From Rhodosorus marinus CCMP1338 (taxonomy: Eukaryota > Plantae > Rhodophyta): 64,000 nt of DNA. The notes beneath the pieces are model-generated. The model was given only the letters and a program-made list of their open reading frames with translations, had not been told where the DNA came from and did not search any database. Shown piece after piece: positions 1 to 11,528 of the stretch. The position numbers and the translations under genes are program-made. The stretch lies in assembly GCA_029953675.1 (NCBI GenBank), contig JAMWBK010000007.1:186001-250000 (forward strand), given 5' to 3'. Numbering within the stretch: the first letter of the stretch is position 1; each line of letters opens with the position of its first letter.

Positions 1-695
1 CATGCAGGTCACTCAGCCTCGGCTGACAACTTCGGAGTTCCTCGTACAGTGACCACAAACAGTCCGTTCCTGTCTTGCCTGTTGTTTAGGCATGATCTTT
101 GAACGTCAGTGTCTGGAATCGATCAACCAGGCTCTGGCAGCCGTGGTTGAGAAATGCTCGTCATCACCAACTCCAGATCGGCCATCGTCATCGTTCCCTG
201 GTGTACCCTGGTGGAAAGCTCAGTGTTGAAAAACCACTTTGCACGAGATGGGGTTTGAAGTTGGAAGAGCGCGTAGTCCGCGTGCTCGGACGTCCTAGGT
301 TCTGGGCCGCAGGTTCAAACTGGATGGCATACTGAGAATCTGCACGGGCTAGTAGCTGCTTTGAGTTGTTTATATCCAGACATCGTCCTGACACTACTAT
401 ACCAGCGGCATAGTAAAGATCTTGCAATCAGCTCGGCGTAGTATACGCACTAGGCGTGTCTACGTTGCTCAACCAGAGCTGCTGGGCGTGATCTGAACAA
501 CCACAGGTAGAGCTGTCCTTTGGCTTTGATAAGAAGTTAGCAGTCGACTGCAAAGAAGCAGCCGTCAGTTCGAAAGCGTAGAAGTTAAACGCTGACGTGG
601 ACCGATTCAATGGAGGAGAGGACCCAAGGCCTCGAGGTGATCCAGCTGAGAAGTCTTCTGGTCGTTTTTTCTCCCATTTTTCTTCAACGTTTCCT

Positions 696-1554
696 TCACG
701 ATTTTAAGCCGGAGCTCGATGTAGCTGATGGTTCAGAAGGTGGAGCTCCCTCGCCCTTGCTCAGGTTGTCAATGAGAGCGTGAGCACTGTGAAAGCCAGG
801 TTCAACGGCAAAATCTGAGAAAAACACGCTGACCTGCTTCTTCGTGGTCAGTTTGATCATCCCAGAGTCATCTAGTCTTTGAACTTTGTCCACGTCCTCC
901 ATCTTGAGGGAAACCTGTCAAAGTTGGTAGGAACGGAGAAAGTCTCAATGAGATGCACTACCTTTCTCTCTCCGCAAAGCACCCATACGTACAGGAAATT
1001 CAGCCTTCCCGAATCCAGAATAGTCACTATGCGCACGGAACGCGACGGTTCCAACGGTGAGGAAGAGAGTTCCTCCAAATTTGAAAGTCTTCTCGGGCAG
1101 GAACGCATTGTGGTAGCACCGGAATCTTGATGCAAAGCGACAAGAAAATACATCTCGTCAGATGGTAGTTCGAAAACGAGCGTGGGGGTGGAAGCATGAT
1201 GGTATAGGAGATGTAGACATACTTCTCGACCAGCTGACATTCATACATTTCAACAACTTTCTGCTCCTTCAAGTCTGGGAACAAACTGTTAAACCGATCC
1301 TGTTTCGAGCCGCCTGAGCTGAAACCGACTGGTCCACCGCTGATCCCCAAGGCTCCGCCGAGCAACCCTCCAATCTGTTGAATACTCTGGTTAAACTCCG
1401 TCCCTACTTTTCCAAGCTCCTTCTGAATCTCTTCAGTCCCCTTCGAAATCGCTTCCTTCTCCTCTCGCGATATAATCGTCGAGAAGTTGGGGATCTGTGC
1501 AAACCAGCCACTGCCTGTGCTTCCTCCTCCGCCTCCTTCTCCATCGGCCCCCAT
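696..1554 (-). CDS. GRAM-domain protein, 3 exons
   Basis: ATG at 1554 (MGADGEGG). Two GT-AG introns join ...YECQLVEK-FRCYHNAFLPEKTFKFGGTLFLTVGTVAFRAH...LY-VSLKMEDVDKVQRL..., which fits the GRAM/PH-like pattern. Stop TGA at 696-698. Confidence 0.7.
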
Positions 1555-1962
1555 AGCCCGCACCTCGCCACTCACCTCTGGAGTCTAAAACCAAACAATC
1601 CGGGACATAGGTTCTCACCATTCAGTCTCAATTTCCAGGACGCAAAAACAAGTTCAAAAAGAGCAAGGCAATACAAAAACTGACCTCTGCGGCAATCGTC
1701 GAGGTCTTCATCTGGTCTTCTAACTCACGAAGAATGTCCTCCTCCGTGGGATCATTCTCCGGTCTCTCACCAGCTCCTTCACCAGATGCCATTGAAGGTT
1801 TTCTTCTTCAAAAAATAAAACCAAATCAAAAGAACAAAATCGGCCTCCCTTCTCATCAAACTTGCAAGCAGCTCCTTACGCTTTGCCACCATTCCAAACC
1901 CCGAATATCAGAACCAAACCAGACTCCTCTTCCGCTTTTTAAGCTCTCCGAAAAAGCTCAAA

Positions 1963-2720
1963 ATGGTATCGTTTTCGACGGGTTTTGGAGCGGTGGGAGG
2001 GGAGGGGATATGTGGCTCCTACGAGCAAGCTAGTATGGACGAAGATGTTCAGCAAAGGCTTTATAGAGTCTGTTATCTGTAATAGAACTCTTCAATGCAG
2101 GTTCTGGTCACCCGAGCTGTTCTCCACTGGTCAGACCGATATTGGTCTTTGGGCTTCGTTTGTTCCTGGGAAGTAGAGAAACGATCATGTATGATCTTCT
2201 GCAGGGAATTGATATGTCCATTTTCTCTAAGATCGATAGCTTGAAGTGGATTCCTCGTCCCAATCCTAACTGTTGCCTTCTCCAGCGGCGTTTTCCTAAA
2301 ATTCTGACCAACACAACATCGTGCTCGACGGGTTTCGGGTATCAATGTTCCTGGGAACAAGCGACGAGGATATACGATTGTTGGCCCAGATCTGACATCT
2401 ATAGTCGATGCCCCCAAGCGAATTCCATACCCCAATCCCAATCACGCCCGCCTCCAGGAGCGTTTCCTAAAACCCCTGATTGTCAATACAATATCGGCTG
2501 CCCCGTCCATATGAGGCTCCTGCTGACGGGAGCTTTTGGTCTTTTAGACAAGAGTTGCTTCTCGCTGGCTTCGTCGGGTCTTTCGTAATGACCCAGGACG
2601 TTTTAATAGCATCCTTAAGGAAGATCTCTTTGCCGAGTTGGCGCTCTTAACTGATCAGTCTAATCGGAGCCCATGCTCCCCGAACGAGGTACGCTACGAA
2701 GGGCGCGGAGAGTCTCTCCC
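1963..2720 (+). pseudogene. Decayed gene made of 3-4 degenerate ~60-aa (~180-nt) repeats
   Basis: Recurring units IVFDGFW / ILVFGLRLFLG...KWIPRPNPN / IVLDGFRVSMFLG...KRIPYPNPN are broken by stops and frameshifts. The last unit is homologous to 23349-23444. Confidence 0.35.
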
Positions 2721-3423
2721 CGCAACTCATAAGCCAGCGTTACATCGCCAGACTCGGAGAAGCATAGCCGATAAATAGCACCAGGGCGGTCACGGTAGCG
2801 CTCACGCAACTAAGTAAAACCTTCGCTATCGTCCAAAGCAACTTTCAGATCTGTACGAGATCAGATGAGGTTCACTCGCATTTCCTCCCTTTCGTTCGTG
2901 AGTTTCATGCTGCGGCGTACTAGAGCGATCTTAGTTTAGGGTTTGGGTGGTGAGACTTTATGGTTTTACAGAGCTAGGGATTGGAGATCCTAAGGGCGGT
3001 AATCCAAGCAAGTAGGTCAGATTTTTGCGGCTTATCATGTGGTTGATGCATCCTTAGCTAGCTTCGCAAATTTTCCTAATACGTCGGAACGCAGATCTCT
3101 AGCTGAGCACAGCTTTCTGGTTAACAGTTCTCTGACGTTTCCCACTCTGAATGGTCTGCTCCTCGTATCGGAATCAAGGTGCAGCCCAATCACCCTGTCC
3201 TGACCGCCAGGCTGGAACAGGCATGGAGATATCAACAATCTTCCAGATCAGGTTTGGACGTTGATGAAGCAGGTGGATCTCCCCTTCAACGTACTTGAAG
3301 AGCTTGGGTAGAACGTTGTAAAGCCCTGAAGATTCGTGCTTGTTTCTTTTCGTTTCGATTCATCTTAGTGACTCCTATGGAGTGATTTACAGTGTACAGT
3401 CCCGAGGACGATTGGTCGCATGC

Positions 3424-4867
3424 CTAGACCCAGTCTACGGGGTTTTTCATAGCCTCCAACGTCTTGGCCTCCCAGGTGCCTTCCTCGGGGTGGAAGTTGT
3501 AGAGCCAGGTCGCGGTCTCCGGAAGTGACATGAGGATCGACTCGATACGACCGCCCGTCTTCAATCCGAAGATCGTGCCTCGGTCGTAGACAAGATTGAA
3601 CTCAACGTATCTACCGCGTCTCATCTGTTGCCACTGCTTCTGTTCCTCAGTAAACGGCTCGTCCTTACGCTTGTTCACAATTGGCACGTACGCGTTCGCA
3701 ACGTTGTTTGCCAAATCCGATGAGAAAGCAAAGATGGCATCCTGATCGCCTTCGTTCAGATCATCGAAGAATATTCCTCCAAGTCCTCGTCGCTCTCCCC
3801 TGTGCTTGATGTAAAAGTACTCATCGCACCATTTCTTAAACTTGGGGTAGTAGGACTCGTCGTGTCTATCGCAAACGTCCTGCGAGTGTTGAAATCAAAA
3901 GCAGAAAGTGAGTAAGGAGACCCAGTCTAAAGCCGATTCCGGCTCATGGAAAGTTGGCAAGAGCTCTCGCTGGCTCAATGTCTTAAGCAGTGTGCCGTAT
4001 TAGGGTGCATTCATTCATACCTTCAGAGTCTGGTGGAAATACTTGGCGTCTTCTTCGTATAAGTACGACGGGGTAAGGTCAGTTCCGCCTCCGAACCAGT
4101 AAAGCCCGGAGTCTGTCTCAAAGTATCTGTAGTTGAAGTGCACAGTAGGGGCCATTGGGTTTCTCGGGTGCATGACAGAGGAGATGCCACAAGCAAAGAA
4201 GGGCACGACCTCTCCTTCCTTGTACCCAGCGTCCCTCGTCACACCTCGGTCAGAAGCAGCCTTTACTGCCTCCGGTGGCATTTCACCGTAGACAACGGAG
4301 ATGTTAATGCCAGCTTTCTCGAACACCTAAGTTGACGAATTCAGCGTTTGCGTTTAGAACCGGAGTTTCTGCAGTTGTCAATAAATCCGTCTGACAACGG
4401 TATTTCAAGACATAGGGACAATAGCGGACCAGATCCAACACATTGGACGCGATCAAAACTTGTCGTCGGGGAACCGTGGTACTCCTCACCTTTCCCTTCT
4501 GAAGGACTCTGGAAATTCCGCCACCGCCATTCTCCCGAACCCAGGCATCTTCGATGAACGTGCCTTCTCCGTCCACTTCCTCAATCGCCTTGCACAGATC
4601 ATCTTGAGCCTTCCTGATCATCCTCTCGAACCTTGCTCTCATCGAGCTGGGGTCCTTATCCCCAGAGCCGGTTACAAGAGACTCAGGCAACTCAGTAACG
4701 TACTGATGGTCCCACAAAGACCCCCTCTTGGAATCCGCATCAGACTTTGCTTGACCAGCAGCGACCATGTTCACAGGATTTCTGCTGCGAAATCCAGATC
4801 TCGACTGAACATTAGACTCCATCCTGCGCGCCGGTGAGCATCCAAAACTAACAACAAATCCAACCAT
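3424..4867 (-). CDS. hemF: Oxygen-dependent coproporphyrinogen III oxidase, probably plastid-targeted, 3 exons (4867-4490, 4326-4021, 3879-3424)
   Basis: Motifs [73 protein letters not shown]. The N-terminus MVGFVVSF is transit-peptide-like. Confidence 0.97.
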
Positions 4868-7491
4868 TCTAGTACAAGATCAAACAAACACAAAAACAAA
4901 ACCTCACCACTCCAAAAAACCTTCCTTCCCAGTCTAGAAAACTGATTACAAAATCATAAAAATCAATGCAGAAATCAACCTCCAGTCCTAACGAGCCTCT
5001 TCGATGACGACTCTCATCTATCTCCCATTCCTCTCCTCTCCTCTCCTCTCCCCCTCTATCCCCCCTACCCCCCCCCCTGCCGCCCACCTGAAAAGCTCTC
5101 AGATCATTTCATATATAATCTTACTCTAACCGCTCGGAGCCAAAAAAAAAAAAAACCAAAAAACCTATCTCCTCATTTGGAACATTAGCCTAGGGAGCAC
5201 CGTCGATGTCCAAGAGAAGAAAAAATATCATCAAACGAATCCGATCTTTCAACCCCCAAAAAAGAAATCTGCAAAGAAAAGAGAAAAACAAAAGAATTTT
5301 GTTTTTTCACATGCCATGAGATTCCTTACACAATTAAAGCAGGGGTGATATCTCCTGTTGTACTAACGATAAATTCGTTTAATATTAAAATTCGGTAGTA
5401 ACTATCAACTCTTAGAAGCTAAAGGGGGGGTAAAAGTATCTACATCAATTTTATTCGAAACTTCAGGATCGTTTAAAATTTTAGATAAAAACAATTATAC
5501 CACCCAAAGTTCTCTAAAAACAAGGATACCACATCCCCTTTTTTATTCTTTTTGGGAAGTGTGCCCCGCCTGACCCCTGGGGTCGTAATTTTAACATCGC
5601 CGAGCGGTGCAATAATCGCTCTAAATTAACCCTATTTTCAATCTTACACTGTATTTACTCATCTATTGACCCCTGATGAATGTTGTAGGACTTAGGCGAA
5701 GATCTCAATGGCCAACCACAGGAGATCGTTTTATACTGTATATTACATTATTTGAAATGTATATATGGTATTATATCGTTTACTTAGGTGTGAGCCAGTC
5801 GGCGGGGTGGGTTCCAGCATAAAAGGGGCTAGTCCGTTGACAGACATGGCGGAGACATTGAACGTAGAGTGCTGCCTACTTTGGCAATGGATTTTTTTAA
5901 TCAAGAACCAGATCATTCTATGATGAGGCTGTGACTAACGCTGACCTCCGTGCGTGTGCTTTGAAACAACACCTTCGTTCCCTGTTCTGATCGAATATCT
6001 GGGCTGGATGGATCTCTCGCAGGCGACAGTGTTGGCTGACCGCTTCCAATTTGGAAGCTCGCGGTCTGTCCAATATGCTTTTCTACACTCAGCTGTTGGG
6101 TCGTATTGGTTCTTGAAACCCGACCTTTTCGGGCGGTTTCACACTTTCCGAAGTTTACTAGATAGAAAAAAACCTCGTAGTGGGCGCTTTACAAAATGCT
6201 GTCAGTGCAGGTTGGCCAGCTGATCTGTCGTGATAGAGGTGACTTCGTGTGTTTAATCTTGTCCCTGGTTCTCCTTGGAACGCATCGCCAGGCCTGCCGA
6301 CTGTCACCTTTTTGTCTCAGACTTGTAGATGTCAGGATATCCTTGTTCATCAACTGCAAAGTCGTTTGACCAATGGTCTGATTGCGTTCTGTCCAATCAA
6401 CGCTAACACTAGTGGCTAGGGTGTATAGCCGACCGTGCCGAAACCCAACTTGTCCTTCCGCTGGTTCCCATTGTATTGAGACGACTATTGATACGGTCCT
6501 TGAACAGATTCATCCGTTTACTATAGCTGAGGAAAGTCAGTTTAGGAACACTCGTGGCGCAAAGAAGGGCTAATACAGACGAGGAAAGCCTCTGAGAAAT
6601 GCTCCGGCATTGTTCGACACTCGGCTAGAACAGCCGAGCTGTCATTGAGTTGGGGCGAGTTGAAGCTTTGGTCAAGCGTTGTCACTTGCAGGATCTATCA
6701 AAACCCAACCATTCAATAAGGAGAAGTGTACAGATGTGTTCCGGAGCGGATGTACGGACACGGAGCTCCGCATGAGAGAGCGAGCGTAGTTCTACGTATG
6801 GTCTGCTTTGGTTTCGTTCATGAAATCCGAAAAACTGGTTTAGGCTCCGGGACTGCCTGTCTTAGAGCTTTCGAGGTGGCTTCTAGACGATGCTGTATTT
6901 CTACACACCTTCCCAGTGCTGGTCACTGGGCTAGGAATAAGCAAACTGCACGAGTTTGGCTGTGTGCGGGAGTGGGATCGGCCATCGCGGTTTGATGATA
7001 TGCTGGAAACCCCAGGCAGGCTTGTACCTTTCGTTGGTGTCTAGGGTACTGTTGCGCTACAGCAGGCAGCTGCGCAGTAATGGTTACTGCTAGGTTTTTC
7101 ATCGCAGCCGGACACCGAAATTGTCGCTGCTGATCTAAGTCCAGTAAAACCCGCATCCAGGTGCTCACGCTCGTCAGTAGGACCTGAACAGCTAGACCTG
7201 CGCTCTACTTCTTGTCCGCTATTGCAAGGGTCGTAGGAGACGACAATCTGCGCCTCTTCAGGATTTCCTTTGCGATCGTTGACGACCCTCCAAGAGGTTC
7301 TTTTCAACGATCAACGCAACGGGGCGCTCACGGGCAAGCATCAAGTGGTGTAATTCAGATCGAAACGAAATCGCGATAAAACCCAAAAGTAGTATGTTCA
7401 ATAGTCTCCACTGCCCGGCCCAAAAAAAAAATAATGTCCAGATCTCGTTGCAAAATATGACGACCCAAAAGAACGCTCCCACATGTCCATC

Positions 7492-8549
7492 TCAAAGCCT
7501 TCCGGTAACTTTCTCAATGGCGTATAGTCCATAGCCGGAGAAGATGAGAACAAGGGGGTTCCAGACCATGATGAAACGGCCGATACCCACCAGAAAAGAG
7601 TACAGGAAAGAAGTAACGATCCAAGGCTTCTGTTGCAACGAAGTCATCAAGTCGACTTTCTCTCCACAGACCGGACAGATCGTTCGCTTGCCGATGATGT
7701 ACCATCCTCTGATGCAGTGGCCGTGGAAGCTATGTCTGCACGGCAAGTCTACAATCTCTCCGCTCAGAAGTACGTTTTGATTGCTGTTCGAGACTGCTTC
7801 TCCTTGCGGCTTCTGTGAGGGAGATTGTCCACCTTCCACGTCCCGCAATCTCTGCGAACAAATACCGCAGGTATTTGCGGCCACGTGCCGTGATCTCTTT
7901 TTGTCCTCACCTATCCTAATCGCGGGGCGCTGGTGAAGGGTTGACGAAGGGATCAGCTGGGGTCGTGAATCTCGGAGGACTACTTACTTTAGTTGAGAAA
8001 CATTCATTGCTCTGGCTTACCATCCTCTCTGCAGCGACAGTCCCCCCATCGCGATTTACAACCCCAAAATACATAGACAAAAGCAAAATCCTAGCGCCCA
8101 AATCTCCTCCGGAAAGCGTTCTGGAAAACAGTAGCACAAGCCCAACAATGGACATTGAATAGCATACCTATTGCGTTGTTTCCATGGCGGGTTCAGGTCA
8201 AAACTCGGTCGAAAGGAAACGGGTTTCCAAGTTGGAAACTCACCTGATGAGCACCGGTGAAGAACAAATACACTTGCTTCGGGGTCGTCTCCGTGACGGG
8301 CCTCTGAAAGGCCAGGCGCACGATATACGCTGCGCACCCCACGTACGCAATCCAGAACGAAATAAACACCCACGCCCGACCCAAAAGCGCAATTATGAAC
8401 GGAATCATTAACACACAGCTCATCTGAAACATCCTAAACGAACGTGCACCGACCTTCGACCACACAAACAACCCAATGTACATTATCAGATTCAGCAGAA
8501 GAAACACCTCAATGTCCCACGGCACCACCGTGTGCATCTTAACTGCCAT
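7492..8549 (-). CDS. RNF121: RNF121/RNF175-like membrane RING-H2 E3 ligase, 3 exons
   Basis: Several TM helices, then YFGVVNRD, CGIC...LPCRHSFHGHCIRGWYIIGKRTICPVCGEKVDL...PW and a C-terminal WNPLV, collinear with RNF121 as I recall it. Confidence 0.88.
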
Positions 8550-8778
8550 ATTTCCGTTCTATACTCTCTTTATAAAACCAGTTCTAAACTAACAAACCTC
8601 CTCCTCCCCCCCCAAACCCCGCCCGCACCAGAAAAGAAAACTCAACCAAAACGGCAGACGCCCCCTCCCCCGCGCCCCCTCTCCTCGTCCAGTCTTCCAC
8701 TGATTTTATCTACTACTTCACATTCTCGAAACAAATAAACTGTAGAGTTCTTAATCGCTCCAAAAAATCAGCAAAGAC

Positions 8779-8792
8779 CTCTCCCTCTCCCC

Positions 8793-8868
<76 letters not shown>

Positions 8869-8935
8869 TTCTCTATCTCTTTCTCTCTCTGTCTCTGTCT
8901 CTGTCTCTGTCTCTCTCTCTGTGTCTCTCTCTCTG

Positions 8936-9010
<75 letters not shown>
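8779..9010. repeat. (CT)n/(CTGT)n microsatellite, about 230 bp, upstream of RNF121
   Basis: Directly visible dinucleotide run. Confidence 0.98.
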
Positions 9011-9011
<1 letters not shown>

Positions 9012-10052
9012 CTCATCGTCCCCTTCCTCTTCCAATTCTCAAGAGGCACTTTGCCAAAGGTCCTTCCCATTCACCCCGCTGTCCTTGGGACACGTTTTGC
9101 AACCTCTGCTGTTCCCAGTTGTCCCAGGGTTGTCGGTTGTCAGGGGTAGACCTGAATGAATCGGTTAATAGAAGGCTAAGGTCCCCGAATGAGGTACTCT
9201 GGGAAGAGCGCATACAGCGCGCCTCCAAAACTAAGGCAGCATTCAAGTGCAAGAGAGTTAAAACTCGAAGAAACATACAGTCGGGAAAGAGCATCAGGGC
9301 GGTCGCGATAACGCTTGCGCAACCAAGCACTCCTAGCGCTATCTGAGAATCCAAAGACCTCGTTAACAAAGCAATAAGCAAGGCGCAATCTGCAAAGCCA
9401 GACAGCGTTGGTAAGCAAAATTTGGAACCTCTACTCTACCGTTCCCAGTTATCCTAGAGGTTAGACCTAGTGAATCAAGCCTACCTCTTGTTTTTAGTAT
9501 TTCGGTTTGTCTGCTTTGAGGTCGACTTGACAGAGTCGCCCACGGTGAAAAACAATTTGCCTAAGAGTACTAGTGATACTCTGGCTTTCAGAGAGATGCT
9601 ACTACAGTTTCGCCGTTCGCGACTTTGCCAAGGAGGTAGTGCTTTTTCTCTCTGTAGGCGTATCCTTGCACCTCCAGGCGCGCTTTGTATACCGGCTCCT
9701 TTGTGTCCCACGTTTCGTGCATCTAGTTCTCTCAAGGCTTCCACTTCTCTATTTTTTTTTAGACGCCGTTTTCCCGTACATGAAAGAAACGAATGAGCGC
9801 AAGAGTACTAGTGATGGTCTGTGCAGAGTAGCTGGAGAGAGTAGTACAAAGATTGTCGATAGTGATGTTCGAACTCTCACAGGTTGCGTCAATGGTCTTT
9901 GAGAACACGATTTTTGTTTTTTTAATGGCATTTACTGCGTATGCGATAAGGTACGATACGGGACGGAGGCTATGGCAGTTCCTTTCCAGAAACCTAAGCG
10001 TGCAGCCAAATAACAGGAAAAATAGTCTCAGAGCGACGGGACCGTTGATGAA

Positions 10053-10143
10053 ACCCGTTCAGACCAGCTTGTCGTTGCTGAGACTAAGATGTACAAGCAA
10101 AGGTCAAGTCGACCTTGAAGTAGACAAGCTGGTCTGAACGGGT
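10053..10143. repeat. Perfect 21-bp inverted repeat with a 49-nt loop
   Basis: ACCCGTTCAGACCAGCTTGTC (10053-10073) is the reverse complement of 10123-10143. Confidence 0.95.
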
Positions 10144-11346
10144 GTCGTCGTAACCGCTGTTATTAGTACTGAGAGTGAAATGGAAGAGCTCGGCGATGGT
10201 TGAGTAGTAGTATGACACGCCAGGAATAGAAGACGCCAATTGGACGGATACTGCGCAACCGGTGCAGGTTAATATTCCGATGGCCTTCCGAACCTTATGG
10301 AATACTTTCAGAGAGGACATGGCCAACAGCCCTTGCCCACTTAAACGGGTGAATGCTTACAGTATAGAGGTCAATTCTTGGGTGCACGTCGTAGCTCTGA
10401 GAGCGCTAGGAGCTACGAGTTGCTAGTGCACGCTTGTAGAAAGTAGTGACACACTTGTGGCTCGACTCTTAATATATGCACCAACCAAGATTGTTAGTTT
10501 AAACCAGAAGTAGGAAACGACAAGAGGAAACCTTCAGCGTTTTGGAGTATCGGTCTCCCTCCCAGCCAATGTGAGGGAAGTATTTACCTTTTGTGATTGG
10601 CTCTGGTTCGAGAGAGACAGCATCTTCAGCACTTGTGGCATTGAAGGGTGCGATGAAAGCCCTGAACTTTCAGGCGATGATCTGAGAAGCTCCGAAGTTC
10701 GGAGTCGGTACTCGGGCTTGGGTATACACAACTCGTAGAAACAGCGGACGCACCGTTGACGAAAGCTAAACTAGCAGAATGTGCCGAAACTATGACTCTT
10801 TGCTTTGTAAGCCTGCATATGCTCATATTGCGAGAGTATTCGATGCTTGAGATAATGTCTGAATTAGACTCAAAAGGTTTATGATACGCGAGTGCAATCC
10901 GTGAAGGCTCCCGGTGGTCGGGACGTTCGCCAATGGCGCCCTCGACAGACCTAATAAAAAGGCCGCATAACAAGCGTGCGTCAACAGTACGTGGACACTG
11001 CAAGGTTTTCTATCCAGCTGCGCAGGCTTATCATATCGTTGCAAACAATGAAGTTGGTCCTCATATCAAACGGGAGTACGCCGGGGTTGTAGACTCTACC
11101 AAGTCTTTAGAGTCGAGCTTCTCAGTGAACAAAAGCCGCCACTAAAATGAGAAGAGCGGGTGAGGTACTTCTGAGCTAATCAAGAATGCGGCGAAAGTCT
11201 AGGAAAACGCCGCCGTTTACTTTAGGCATGTGAGAAACCAACACGCATCGGGATGTTGAGCTGAGTACCGTCTAGAAACTACAGAGCAACTGCATTGGCG
11301 CATTGATGGGCAAATAATCCCCATTCCCATCACACCTAACTCTTGG

Positions 11347-11528
11347 CCCATTCCATGTCCAATCTTCGTCACTGTGCTGGAAAACACTTTCGTATGAGAA
11401 TTCTCTAGGAACAATATCCGCCGCTCCTCGCTCTTCGCCCATCCCAAGTCCAATCTTCGCCAGTATGCTGGAAAATGCTGTCGTATGGGAACATTCTCGA
11501 GGGACAATATTCAGCGCTCCTCGCTTTC
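11347..11528. repeat. Degenerate 91-bp direct tandem duplication, 2 copies
   Basis: GTCCAATCTTCG at 11357 and 11448. Downstream TGCTGGAAAA, TCGTATG, ACAATAT and CGCTCCTCGCT are shared. Confidence 0.85.

Noticed and set aside
188-610. Two in-frame minus-strand ORFs separated by one TGA (428-430), a possible selenoprotein or readthrough
   Set aside because: There is no ATG start, no redox motif around the TGA and no recognisable homology, and it lies just downstream of the GRAM gene stop.
5780-7310. Possible TE or pseudogene relic between hemF and RNF121
   Set aside because: I found no terminal repeats, TE domains or sustained frame by eye.
8921-9346. (SL)n ORF
   Set aside because: It is a translation of the CT microsatellite.
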